Shown one piece after another: positions 48,080-61,365 of a DNA stretch of 64,000 bases. The stretch is from Heptranchias perlo (taxonomy: Eukaryota). The notes beneath the pieces were generated by a model that searched no databases, was not told the origin of the DNA, and saw nothing but the letters and a program-made list of their open reading frames with translations. Each line of letters opens with the position of its first letter. Position 1 is the first letter of the stretch. The translations under genes and the position numbers were made by a program. The stretch is from assembly GCF_035084215.1 (NCBI RefSeq), contig NC_090349.1:21266001-21330000 (forward strand), given 5' to 3'.

Positions 48080-50572
48080 TTTTTTTTAAAATTCGTTCAT
48101 GGGATGTGGGTGTCGCTGGCGAGGCCAGCATTTATTGCCCATCCCTAATTGCCCTGGAGAAGGTGGTGGTGAGCCACCTTCTTGAACCACTGCAGTCCAT
48201 GTGGTGAAGATTCTCCCACAGTGCTGTTAGGAAGGGAGTTCCAGGATTTTGACCCAGCGACGATGAAGGAACGGCGATATATTTCCAAGTCGGGATGGTG
48301 TGTGACTTGGAGGGGAACGTGCAGGTGGTGTTGTTCCCATGTGACTGCAGCCCTTGTCCTTCTAGGTGGTAGAGGTCGTGGGTTTGGGAGGAGCTGAAGA
48401 AGCAGCCTTGGCGAGTTGCTGCAGTGCATCCTGTGGATGGTACACACTGCAGCCACGGTGCGCCGGTGGTGAAGGGAGTGAATGTTTAGGGTGGTGGATG
48501 GGGTGCCAATCAAAATGGCTGCTGTGTCCTGGATGGTGTCGAGCTTCTTGAGTGTTGTTGGAGCTGCGCTCATCCAGGCAAGTGGAGAGTATTCCATCAC
48601 ACTCCTGACTTGTGCCTTGTTAATGGTGGAAAGGCTTTGGGGAGTCACTCACCGCAGAATACCCAGCCTCTGACCTGATCTTGTAGCCACAGTACTTATG
48701 TGGCTGGTCCAGTTAAGTTTCTGGTCAATGGTGACCCCCAGGATGTTGATTGTGGGGGATTCGGCGATGGTCATGCCGTTGAACGTCAAGGGGAGGTGGT
48801 TAGACTCTCTCTTGTTGGAGATGGTTATGCCTGGCACTTGTCTGGAACGAATGTTACTTGCCACTTATCAACCCTAAGCCTGGATGCACCCAAGTAGGAA
48901 CGGACTGCTTCATTATATAGGGGGCTGCGAATGGAACTGAACACTGTGCAATCATCAGCAATGATGGAGGGAAGGTCATTGATGAAGCAGCTGAAGATGG
49001 TTGGGCCTAGGACACTGCCCTGAGGAACTCCTGCAGCAATGTCCTGGGGCTGAGATGATTGGCCTCCAACAACCACTACCATCTTCCTTGTGCTAGGTAT
49101 GACTCCAGCCACTGGAGAGTTTTCCCCCTGATTCCCATTCACTTCAATTTTACTAGGGCTCCTTGGTGCCACATTCGGTCAAATGCTGCCTTGATGTCAA
49201 GGGCAGTCACTCTCACCTCACCTCTGGAATTCAGCTCTTTTGTCCATGTTTGAACCAAGGCTGTAATGAGGTCTGGAGCCGAGTGGTCCTGGTGGAACCC
49301 AAACTGAGCATCGGTGAGCAGGTTATTGGTGAGTAAGTGCCGCTTGATAGCACTGTCAACGACACCTTCCATCACTCTGCTGATGACTGAGAGTGGACTG
49401 ATGGGGCGGTAATTGGCTGGATTGGATTTGTCCTGCTTTTTGTGGACAGGACATACCTGGGCAATTTTCCACATTGTCGGTTAGATGTCTGTGTTGCAGC
49501 TGTACTGGAACAGATTGGCTGTAGGCGCGCTAGTTCTGGAGCAAAAGCCTTCAGCACCATAGCCGGGATGTCGTCGGGGCCCATAGGCTTTGCTGTATCC
49601 AGTGCACTCAGCCGTTTCTTGATATCACGTGGAGTGAATCGAATTGGCTGAAGACTGGCTTCTATGAGGATGGGGATATCGGGAGGAGGCCGAAGATGGT
49701 TGCAAACGCTTCAGCCTTGTCTTTTGCACTCACGTGCTGGACTCCGCCATCATTGAGGATGAGGATGTTTGCAGAGCCTCCTCCCGTTAGTTGTTTAATT
49801 GTCCACCACCATTCGCGACTGGATGTGGCAGGACTGCAGAGCTTTGATCTGATCCGTTGGTTGTGGAATCGCTTCGCTCTGTCTATAGCATGTTGCTTCC
49901 GCTGTTTAGCATGCATGTAATCCTGAGTTGTAACTTCATCAGGTTGGCACCTCATTTTTAGGTATGCCTGGTGCTGCTCCTGGCATGCTCTTCCACACTC
50001 CTCATTGAGCCAGGGTTGATCCCCTGGTTTGTTGGTAATGGTAGAGTGAGGAATATGCCGGGCCATGAGGTTACAGATTGTGCTGAAATACAATTCTGCT
50101 GCTACTGATGGCCCACAGCGCCTCATGGATGCCCAGTTTTGAACTGCTGGATCTGTTCTGAATCTATCCCATTTAGCACAGTGACAGTGCCACACAACAC
50201 GTTGGGTGGTGTCCTCAGTGCAAAGACGGGACTTCATCTCCACGAGGACCGTGCGGTGGTCACTCCTACCAATACTGTCATGGACAGATGCATCTGCGAC
50301 AGGTAGACTGGTGAGGACGAGGTCAAGTAGGTTTTTCCCTCATGTTGGTTCGCTCACCACCTGCCGCAGGCCCAATCTGGCAGCTTTGTCCCTTCAGCTT
50401 GGTCAGTAGCGGTGCTACCGAGCCACTCTTGGTGATGGACATTGAAGTCCCCCACCCAGAGTACATTCTGTGTCCTTGCTACCCTCAGTGCTTCCTCCAA
50501 GTGGCGCTCAACATGGAGGAGGACTGATTCATCAGCTGAGGGAGGGCAGTCAGTGGTAATCAGCAGGAGGTT
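48080..50572 (-). mobile_element. Second non-LTR retrotransposon family (CR1/Jockey group, APE + RT, disrupted) inserted into an old CR1 relic (about 47800-48080 and 50575-51150)
   Basis: [44 protein letters not shown] and IADD motifs, with an A-rich tail. Clearly distinct from the other CR1 copies here. Confidence 0.9.
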
Positions 50573-51336
50573 AGGACCACACAAAAAAAATCCTTTGTTT
50601 TGTAATTAAAGGCACAGAATTCAACATAGGGAGATAATACTGAAGTTGTACAATGATATTAATTAGGCCATAGTTAAATTATTGTGTATAATTTTGGGTA
50701 CCCCATTATAGGAAGTATATGAAAGGGATGGAAAAGAGCAACATGAATTCATTAGGATGAGGATGCACAGTCGTAAACAAGACTTCAGAAGCTAAAGCTT
50801 TTTTTGCTAGAGCTGAGGTCTTCAAGATTACGATAAGGTAAATAATGGTAGTTTGTTTCCACTGGTCAGTAACAAGGTATTGTGAGGGCAAAACTTTAAG
50901 ATAATCACTGAAAGAATTAAAGGAGGTTAGATGAAATTTCTTTTCCCAGAGTAATCAGAATATGTCTCTGCCACAAGCCATTGTTCAACCAGAGTTCATA
51001 AATCCTTTAATAAGGGAATTAGATAGTTGCTTGAATTTTTTTTTAAAAACTTATGAGTGAGCAGGAATGGGATTTGACTAGTGACTCGTGGAGGAAAATG
51101 CAGCTGCAGACTTGATGGGCCAAATGGCCTGTATATAAAATTCTACAATTCTATTCTATAATCTGGAATAACCCCCAATCCAGAAAGCGTTCAGAGTTTG
51201 GTTTACTGCATGCATCACCTGCTTTCTCTTCTCGCTCTATTCAGCCCAACACTTCATTTATCATTCCCATGTCATCAATTACGGCACCTCAAGTATTACA
51301 CTAGAATTCAAACATTCATACTTTGCCTGTCATTAC

Positions 51337-51650
51337 CTGTATTTGTTCTTTTTTATTGGTGTACCACTACACTTAGAAGGAGTTGGAACTGGACCGATTT
51401 CTCCATTTGCACTCCGCCTAGTTTGTGAACTTGTGGTTATTGGACTCCGCAATAATGGTTGTCGAGAACCAGCTTGAGATGTAGAAACCCATGATGGTTC
51501 AAATTCAGCCACTGAACTCTGAGGCCTATTAGAATGGCCAAATAAGGTTTCATCCACATAGGAAGTCTTTGCTCTAACTCTATAATGACTGTATCCCTTA
51601 TGACTTACACGACTGGGTTGAACACCGGCAACTATTAAATCATTTGACAT
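51337..51650 (-). CDS. RITA1: RITA1 first coding exon (exon extends 5' to an acceptor at about 51724)
   Basis: Contains YRVRAKTSYVDETLFG and GTPIKKNKYR. Donor AG|GTAATG at 51336 is phase 2, matching the next exon. Upstream acceptor TTTTGTCTTTAG| at 51725. The spliced CDS is 299 aa. Confidence 0.92.
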
Positions 51651-54600
51651 GCTTACTCCTGAAGATGATGATTCTTACATGTTGGTTTGGTCACTTTGGT
51701 CTTTTCAATTATAGTGAAGTCAGTCTAAAGACAAAAGAAAGGGGAGTTTTTTTTATATACATACATTATATTTTCAGTAATTCCAGATATCAGTACCTTA
51801 TGAGGCCCTGAAAATTGTTAAGATATATAATTATTTCAAATTATAGCTCCTGTGTCATTACCCATGCTGAGATCGGCTAATTTAGCAGGAACCGGGGATC
51901 AAACCTCGGAGCTTATTAGTTCTTGAAGCCCAGAGATTCACTGGTTAAACTCATTATGCCATGGGGGAATCCTCTACTGCTTTTACTATATAATCTGAAT
52001 GGAAAGATTCCATGTGTACCAATCTATCTGTTATGTATTAAAAATGATAAATAGGTTATGTTTTCATTGTTGGATTCTTATTAGTTATGTTTTCATTGTT
52101 GGATTCTTATTAGTTATTAAGTACATCTGTGATTCAAGAGTTTCTTAAAAGTTTTAAACCTTTTTAAAAATTTATTTTCTTTTGGCTCCTCAGTCATTCA
52201 CTATTCTCAAACCAAGGGGGCAGGCAAGCAATGTGTTACTAGTAATGTGCCAAATATTGCTCCAGAACTGGTGGTAGAAGTTGCACAAATGCTGTCCAGG
52301 CTATTATCCATTTAATTATCCCTCCCTAACTATCTGTACAGAGGTATCCAATATTTAGCACCTGCTCTTGACGACACTTTTGAGATCAGAATTCACTGCA
52401 TAGGTATAAACACATCCTACTACTTCATGGTACAGTAGGTTATAGCACCAACAAAACAGCAGAACCATAGAGTGGAAGAGAAAACTTACATGGTCCATAC
52501 TCTTCAATTGCTCTGCATAAATGTGTGGCATGGGATTTTTTTTAATGTTGCTTTATCTACATGTACAATGCTACAAATCTAGAAATTACGAGTTCAAATA
52601 ACAGTGGTTAAATCTACTCAAAGAAGTTCTTAAATCTCAACAACTTTGCAGATAAGTCCACCCTGAATGAAATTTAACACTTTAACATTTGCCTTGAAGC
52701 AAAAGCCTATCTAAAACATGCAAGTACACTGGGCATTCCAGCATGATGCATTGTGTAGTCTAGTATAATGTCAACATAAGTAGCTTTGTAAGATTGAAGT
52801 TTTCATACACAATACTGACTGGCTATGATTAGCTATTCTGAGCAATAATTAAGGGATATTTGAAACATGTTTGTAGAAAGTATTTGGGATTAATCAAATA
52901 AATCAAGTTGTTATTTATGGTCACCACTGTTTAAGACTTTTAAAAATGATGAGACCCATGACTTTTCTTCTACCAAATGCGATGGTCTTGAAAGCATTAG
53001 CTACAGTCTGTCTCAAATACTACTGGTATTGCAGATGTACCAAATAAGTTTCAAAAGTTATCCCACAACAGACAATCATCAGTATCTGACATAGTAAAAT
53101 AGGATATGAAAAAAAAATGACCTGTTGATTTGTACAAAACAAAATATTAAAAATTGTTTTGCAGTAAATAGTCTTTCTAGGGCTTATGTAATGGAATGAG
53201 TTAGCCAACAAGGGTACTTGGGTGTAACTTGACATCAACAAAATGAGCGCAGCTTCAGGTGCAACTTCCGGGTTGTGCCCAAAGATGAAATTCCAGGCCG
53301 CGCCCAAAGATGAAACTCCAGGCCTATAACTCTATCATAGTTGAAGCTTTAAAAAATGCTGGCTTTTTCATATAGCAAACTGTATGCAAGATAGATCATG
53401 CATCTTCAAGCACAATGAATGAAACTGTGGAAGGCAAATTATTGTAAGAATATTAAAAAAGGAGAACTTATGGTTAATTGCACAAGAATCCACTGCTTTG
53501 GACAGCATCAGTGCAGTACAACAGCACTTTTATCATAGACACCAACTTACCAGAATTCAAAGTCATGATGTGCATTCTTAAGAAAACACCTTGGCTCCGT
53601 TCATTTTTATTCTGTCCAAGCTGGATTTTTATTGTGATTTTACCTCCTGCTCAAGATGGCACATGGGAGATCTTGAAAACTTTCAAAATTACATTAACTT
53701 TGCCAGTGGGGGCTTCTAGGTATTGCATTCCTAGAAGACAATCCAGATATATCATAGGAACAGTTCCTTAACTCTGCTGGAAGCATACTGGTGATAAATA
53801 TAATGGCAATTGTTGATAAAGATTGTATATTTGCATAAAATTAAGAAAACCATTGACCTTGAATGTCTTAGTTCACAAATGATGTTAAAAATCTGCATAA
53901 ACAAATGCAAGTCATATCCTTGGGTGGTCTTTGAAAGCTAATGCAAACTGTGCCTTAATGGAAAGGGAATTTTTTTTATATAAAGTATTCTGCCATACAA
54001 TTTTATAGTTGTGAGAATTCGATGCTTACTTGAAGTTTTGAATCCTGTCTGGCCAGCTATTGCGTTAAGCATTGAATTAAGAGCACTATGGCATATAACC
54101 AAAATGTCTCTTCTCCAGTCTCCATAATGAGTTGGTTGCTTAGCTGCTCAGTTGTTTCTATGTGAGCATCCAACTCTTGCACCAGAGTTGGATTGCTAGG
54201 GGTCTTTCAAAGAAGTGTGCTTGGTCTCATTCTTTTAATCATCTTAATCAGCAACCTAGTGGATACATCAAAATTAATGTTCTGTTGTTCAGTGAGTAGC
54301 TAAGCCATTTGGACTAGAAATGTCCTAGATTCATTCCTTGGTTGCACTGACTTGAGTAATAGTATCTGTGTTTCACCTCCAAAATGAAATCAGAAATGTT
54401 GAGAACTGCTTAATACATTATCAGCTTTACTACCAACTCAGCTGCTTTTTCCAGATGTCAAACTACAAGATATCCCTATCTCAGTAACAGGGATCCTTTA
54501 AATGCATGTTAAATACCCCTCTCATAAACAAGTTATATTTGTAGGAGGACTTGTGCATTTTTTCCATGTTCAAAAATTATATAAAAATTTAGTTTAAATT

Positions 54601-55759
54601 TTGCATAAATTATTCTGTAGTCCTATTCAAATTCCACCATGTGATGTGTTCTGCATTGTTTGACCTGTATTTTTGCCTATTCATTACATGGTCAAATTTG
54701 GTGCAACTTCAATTGAGTATGTTCCTTTCTTCAGTATACTAGCAAGTGTGGAAATGTAGTTTATGCTTCCCTATGATAAGAAGTTTGCAGAAAACTTTTA
54801 CGTGAATTGGTGAGGTAGAAGTAATTTTCAATATGTGAACAGAAATTTGCTGCCATTTTTATTACATTGTTTAGCTGCAGAACTTGGAAAGCATTCTGTA
54901 TGGCAAGAAACAATTTACTTCTGATTTTCCATTGAACTGTGATATTCAAGATTTGACATACCTCAAAATGTTGGTACTAGACAAAAGAAAAATTTTAAAA
55001 TAATTTAAGAAGCTGCTTGATGCTTTAATATTAAAATAGTAGGGTAATTAATTTGAAAGGATAAGATAAACAAGCCTATGGGACTTTTTCAACTGAACCC
55101 AACTTGCAATTGTAAATCATTTATCAGCAAGACACAATCTTTCTTCAGCACCTTCTTCAATTGTAATACCGCCATGTCCTATACTGTTTCATTTATTGAA
55201 CCCTAGAATACCGATGAACATAATATATATGAAATGAATAACAAGGTTATTTTCTATACATTTCTACAGAGCAAATGCAAACATATTGTTTCTTAACACA
55301 TAATACTTTTGGAATCAAAGAAAATAAATTATTACAGATTTAATTCTTGTGCTGAAATGCTACTGTGCTTCGCATGGGCAGCAAGTATCACACATTAGCC
55401 CCTATCAAAAAGTAAGTTTGACCACTGCACACAAGAAAGGGATAGGCTGCAAATGCCATGTACATCAAGGTCAAAATTTTGGAGCTACCAGTGTCACCTT
55501 AACTTGGTAAAGCAGTAAGTAGCACAATTATTTGAATGGAAAAGTTTATTTCTCTTTGCACCACTTATTATTTAGGCTGTTTACATGGAGTAAACCTCGA
55601 TCCAATGGAACGAGACTTTATCAAATTTGGGAATAGCAGGTTACCTGCTCCAAAGACTACACGGGAAACAAATCTGCATTGATGTTTCCTTTTTGCATTT
55701 CTTATTAAACAAAACTCAAAGCCCCGCTTCGCAAATGACTTCCACGGAAGGACCGGGGT

Positions 55760-56440
55760 CATAAGAACATAAGAAATAGGAGTAGGCCATACGGCTCCTC
55801 GAGCCTGCTCTGCCATTCAATAAGATCATGACTGATCTTTGATCTCAACTTCACTCTCCCACCTGATCCCCATATCCCTTGATTTCCTTAGAGTCCAAAA
55901 GTCTATCGATCTCAGTCTTGAATATACTCAACAACTGAGCATCCACAGCCCTCCAGGGGTAGAGCATTCCAAAGATTTATGACCCTCTGAGTGAAGAAAT
56001 GCCTCCTCATCTCAGTCCTAAATATCCGACCCCTTATCCTGAGACTATGTCCAGCCAGGGGAAACATTCTCTCAGTATCTACTCTGTCAAGCCCTCTTAG
56101 AATCTTATATGTTTCATTGAGATCACCTCTTATTCTTCTAAACTCAAGACAGTATCGGCCCATTCTACTCAATCTTTTCTCATAGGACAACCCTCTCATC
56201 CCAGGAATCAATCTAGTGAACTTTTGTTGCACCGCCTCAGAGGCAAGTCTATCCTTCCTTCGGTAGGAAGACCAAAACTGTACACAGTACTTCAGGTGTG
56301 GTCTCACCAAAGCCCTGTACAATTGCAGCAAGACTTCCTTACACTTGTACTGCAACATAACATTTGCCTTCCTAATTGCTCGCGGTACCTGCATGTTCAC
56401 GTTCTGCATTTCGTGTACAAAGGCACCCGAATCCCTCTGG
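55760..56440 (-). mobile_element. CR1 3' fragment adjoining the RITA1/DDX54 promoter
   Basis: CATAAGAACATAAGAA tail and an ORF2 C-terminus (RPHLKYCVQFW). Confidence 0.9.
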
Positions 56441-56470
56441 ACACGAACAGATTGCTAAGTGGGGTCTCAC

Positions 56471-56700
56471 CCAAGTAATATTCGCAGCGCCAATTTTGTA
56501 TTCTTTGCATACCCCGGCCACAATAAAGTCCATGTACTATCCGACGTGCAAAGTTACTGCTATACTGGGACCGCCTGCAAACTGCTCCAGCTGCCCCTCC
56601 GCCGCGTGCAACTAGCTGTTTCGTAGCGATAGCAGCAAACATCAAGTATGGGGGAAGTGACCCATCACCGCACAGCCAGGAGGAGGGGGTGGGGAGGACC
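56471..56700 (-). other. RITA1: Possible non-coding first exon of RITA1 (5' end uncertain)
   Basis: Minus-strand donor TGG|GTGAGA at 56470, at the edge of the CpG-rich region shared with DDX54. Confidence 0.4.
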
Positions 56701-57007
56701 ATTACACTGCACAACAGCCACACTATAAACAGAAAAGAAACTATCAAATATTTAAAAAATACTTATATATCATGCTTTACTGTCGAGAAAGTAAGAAAAA
56801 AAACACATTTATGAGCGTTGTTACAAAAAAGTTTGAAAGTATGTCCTCTGCTTCCCCCCCCCCCCTGTTGATGACACGGAGTTGGCGCATCCATTGACCT
56901 CTGACGTTGACGGCACTCTAGAACATGGCGACGGTGGTGTGTTGCTGAGAGACGCGTGCGTTGCTGTCTGTTTGGGCCGTTTGTTGGTTTGAATTCGTTG
57001 AGGGGCA
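56480..57007. promoter_or_regulatory. CpG-rich bidirectional promoter RITA1/DDX54
   Basis: CpG-dense from about 56480 to 57300, between divergent genes. YY1-like AACATGGCG at 56922-56930 and tandem TGACG half-sites near 56902-56912. Confidence 0.7.
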
Positions 57008-57151
57008 ATGGCGCAAAAGAAGAAGCGTCCAAACAAACGCAGAAAGCCCCGGGCCCACTCCCAGCCCAAGCACCGGGACGTGGATGTGGAGAGTGACGGC
57101 GGGGAGTTCGAGTTGGCCCCTTTAAACGAGGAGGATGACGGCGTCGGGAAG
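57008..57151 (+). CDS. DDX54: ATP-dependent RNA helicase DDX54, coding exon 1 (48 codons)
   Basis: MAQKKKRPNKRR...ESDGGEFEL resembles the DDX54 N-terminus (MAQWRKKK...DSEDGEFEI). Donor AAG|GTTGGT. Confidence 0.88.
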
Positions 57152-57797
57152 GTTGGTAGCCGCAGAGCAGCGGCCCGCTGCTGCCGAGCGATCGTTTCGG
57201 CTGTTATTGTAGAGTCGGCAGGGTGTTGGGTCCCTTTAAACATTCCTCCTTAACGAGAGTCTCGGGGAGTGAAGGAAATCACAGGCGTACATGGCGACCT
57301 AAAAAACTGGTGAAAGGTAATAAAGATATGGGGAGAATGAACTAGTTGACAGGGTTGGCAAGTGACATGGAAAGTGGTAGGAAATAGTCCCAATTGTTGA
57401 CTCAGTTTGGTACCTGAATTTCTGGTGAATGCAAACCTTTAAGTTTAGGGACTTTGTTGAAAAGGACTGAAGGTGTTCTGATCGTTCTCGTATCTCTTCA
57501 GTGACCGCAACATGTCAATTAAGTTTGTGACATGAGATGTGTATTCGAAAAGCTGTTCTTAAGAGCTTCTAGGAATGCAGTGGAAAGAATTACATAGAAT
57601 AGAAACAGGCCATTGGGCCCAATAGGTCTATGTTGGTGTTTATATTCCACACGTGCCTCCTCCCACCCTACATCATCTAACCCTCTCAACATAGCCTTCT
57701 ATTCCTTTCTCCCTCGTGTATCTAGTTTCCCCTTAAATGCATCAATCCTATTTGCCTCAACTACTACTTGCGGTAGCGAGTAACCACTCTGGGTAAA

Positions 57798-60419
57798 GTC
57801 AGAACGACTTCTCATCCTCGGTGATTTCAACCTCCACCTCAACTCATGCCCTTTCTCTTCTGAGTTCACTGCCCTCCTATCCTCCCTTAGTCTCTCCCTC
57901 CATATAAACTCCCCACCTCACATACATGGCCACCCCCCTGACCTTGCTCTCTCACGTGGTCTCTCTACACTCATTGTGCCAATCATAGATAAGGCCATCT
58001 TTGATCACTTCCTTGTCTCCCTCTCCATTGACATCCCCTTTTCCCCCTCCCAATCCCACTTCCCTTTGTGTCCGCCCTTGGAAAAAAAATTATTTCCTGA
58101 GTCACATGCAACAGCATTCCCAACTGTCTAGCCTTTGGCCCTCCATTCACCATGACATTTCTGCAGCTACCGATCTTCTCAATCACACTCCTCCATCTTT
58201 GATGCCCTTGTCCCCATAAAAATCATTACTCTCTCCCTCCCTGGTCATTCCTCCTGGTACAGCCCTTATCTCTGTCCCCTTAAGTCCAAGGGATGCGGAC
58301 TTAAATATTTATGGCGGACAACTGGCTTAGACATTCATTGCCAGATCTGACTGGACCACATAAGCACTATTGGGTCCAGCTCTCCTGTCAAAGCTGCTCA
58401 CTATTCCAGGATCATCCTCGGTGATTTCAACCTCCATCTCAACTCATGCCCTTTCTCTTCTGAGTTCACTGCCCTCCTATCCTCCCTTAGTCTCTCCCTC
58501 CATATAAACTCCCCACCTCACATACATGGCTTCTCATTTCCCTACAAACTGTTCTTACATCCCTCTCCTCTGCCTCCTCCACCCTCACCTCCAACAAGTG
58601 CAAGGAGCTCATGGAATTCTTTGTCACTAAGATTGAAACCATCCGTTCAGTTGCCTCTGCTGCTTCCCTCCCTTCCTCTAGGCCACCAAGCCAAACTTCC
58701 CCTAAGGTTCTCCCCGCTCTAGCCCTGAACTCGCATCTTTGTCTAGTTTCTCTCCTATCTCCACTCATGCCCACTCCAAGCTCATCTTATCCATGAGACC
58801 CACCTCCTGCTTCCTCTAACCTATGCCCATCAAACTGCTGACCACCCAACTTCCCTTCCTGACCCCCATGTTAGGTGATATTGTTAACGGTTCCCTCTCT
58901 TCAGATACTGTCACACTCTCCTTCAAATCTGCCGTCATCACCCCCCTCCTCAAAAAAACACATCCTTGACCCCTCTGTCCTTGCAAACTATCATCCCAGT
59001 TCCAACCTCCCGTTCCTTTTCAGAATCCTTGAACGTGTTGTTGTCCCCCAAATCCGTTCCCATCTTTCCCGCAACTCCATGTTTGAACCTCTCCAATCAA
59101 GTTTCCACCTCTCCCGCAGCACTGAAACAGCCCTTATCAAAGTCACAAATGACATCCTATGTAACTGTGACCCTGGTAAACTATCCCTCCTCATCCTTCT
59201 CGACCTGTCCGCAGCCTTTGACATGGTTGACTATGCCATCCTCTTCCAACGCCTCTCCTCCATTTGTCCAGCTGGATAGGACTGCCCTTGCTTGGTTCCA
59301 TTCTTATCTACCCAGTCATAGCCGGAGACTCACCTGCAATGGTTTCCCTTCCCGCTCCCGCACCCTTATTTCTGGAGTCCCCCAATGATCTGTCTTTGCC
59401 CCCCCCCCCCCCCCCCCATTTCTCATCTATGTGCTGCCCTAGGCCACAACATCAGTTTCCACGTGTACGCTGACGACACCCAGCTCTACCTCACCACCGT
59501 GTCTCTCAACCCCTCCACAGTCTCTGTTTTGTCATGCTGCTTGTCCGACATCCAGTACTGGACGAGCAGAAATTTCCTCCAACTAAATATTGGGAAGATC
59601 GCAGCTATAAATCTTCGGTCCCCACCACAAACTTCGTTCCCTAGCCACGGACAGCATCCCACTCCCTGGCCACTGTCGGAGGCTGAACCAGACTGTTTGC
59701 AACCTTGGCATCCTATTTCACGCTGAGATGAGCTTCCGACGACATATCTGCTTCATCACCAAGACCGCCTATTTCCACCTCCGCAACATTGCCCATCTCC
59801 ACGCCTGCCTCAGCTCATCTGCTGAAGCCCTCATGCATGCCCTTGTTACCTCTAGACTTGACTATTCTAATGCTCTTCTGGCCAGCCTCCCATCTTTCAC
59901 CCTCCACAAACTTGAGCTCATCCAAAACTCCGCTGCCCGTATTCTAACTCGCACCAAGTCCCATTCTCGCATCATCCCTGTGCTCACTGACCCACATTGG
60001 CTCCCAGTCCGGCAATGCCTCAATTTTAAAATTCTCATCCTTGTTTTCAAATCCCTCCATGGCCTCCCCCTTCCTTATCTCTGTAACCTCCTCCAGCTTT
60101 ACACCCCTCCGAGATCTCTGCACACCTCCAATTCTAGCCTCTTGCACATCCCCGATTTTAATCGTTCCACCATTGGTGGCTGTGCCTTCAGCAGTCTCGG
60201 CCCTAAGTTCTGGAATTCTCTCCATAGACCTTTCCACCTCTCTCTCCTCCTATAGAGGCTCCTTAAAATCTTAACTCTTTGACAGGCTTTTGGTCACCTG
60301 TCCTAAAATCTCCCTATGTGGTTCGGTGTCAAATTTTGTTTGATAACATTCTTGTGAAGCACCTTAGGATGTTTTACTATGTTAAAGGTGTTATGTAAAA
60401 TGCAAGTAGTTGTTGTTGT
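57798..60419 (+). mobile_element. L2 LINE (part of EN, RT and 3' tail), disrupted, nested in a CR1 3' fragment (57590-57797 and 60420-60620, minus)
   Basis: LILGDFN, STETAL, LDLSAAFD, YADDTQLY and HWLPV motifs; (TTG)n tail. The CR1 sequence CTGGGTAAAG|AAGTTTCTCC is split by the insertion. Confidence 0.92.
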
Positions 60420-61365
60420 AAGTTTCTCCTGAATTCCCTATTGCATTTATTAGTGACTATCTTACATTAATGGCCCCCTAGCTTTGGTCTCCCCCTTAAG
60501 TAGAAACATCTTATCTCCGTCTACCCTATTCAACCCTTTCATAATCGTAAATACCTCTATCAGGTCACCCCTCAGCCTTTTTTTCTGGGGAAAAGAGCCC
60601 CAGCCTGTTCAATCTTTTGAAGAGTATTTTCAGCCCATGCATGAGATCCAGGACCAAGCTTGGATATGTGGCAAAAATGAAATTTTAACCTCTTTCCATC
60701 TTTTTAAACTTAGGTGCTACTTTGCTCTAGCATTTAGCATTTTGATGAATGACTTTTAACTTCCGTTCTTCCCTCTTTGTTTTGGTCAATCCTATATGGG
60801 GGCTTTCCTGCCTTTTTTAAAACCTGCGAACCGAAGGCTTAAGCATAGCTGGTTTCATGATTCACCCGAGTTATTGACTGTTTATCCTTGTTAATGAACT
60901 GACTCTTGATATGAATCACTGTAGATTTACACTTACTGCAGAGTTTACACCTTAGAATCTAACCATGCAGATAGACTCTTGGAACAGATTACATTGTGGT
61001 AAAGTAATTCATTCACAAAGTCATCTGTTACCTGCAGGTCAAAGCTGGTGTCAATTAGGACCTTAAGATATTTTTCATCCCTTCAGTGTCTGACAGGGAC
61101 TTGTCAGGTAAAGGAAGCAATATCTGAACTGGCATTTTCACTGTGAGGATTTGCACTGAAAGGTTTGCTTTTGGTTTGAATCTATACCAGAAATGCATAT
61201 TGCTAGAATTTAACTAGTTGTAAATGAAGTGATTTCAGAAAGATTCTGCTCCCTGTCCCAAAACAAAATTCTATATAGCTTATTGGCATCAAAGGCAAAG
61301 ATATTTGTTGTTTACATTCAAAAGTTGTTCATAAATTAATGATCTGGTTTTATTTACTTTCACAG

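Noticed and set aside
56397-57243. Minus-strand ORFs of 89-140 aa over the RITA1/DDX54 promoter
   Set aside because: Expected in GC-rich sequence and antisense to DDX54 exon 1, with no recognisable homology.
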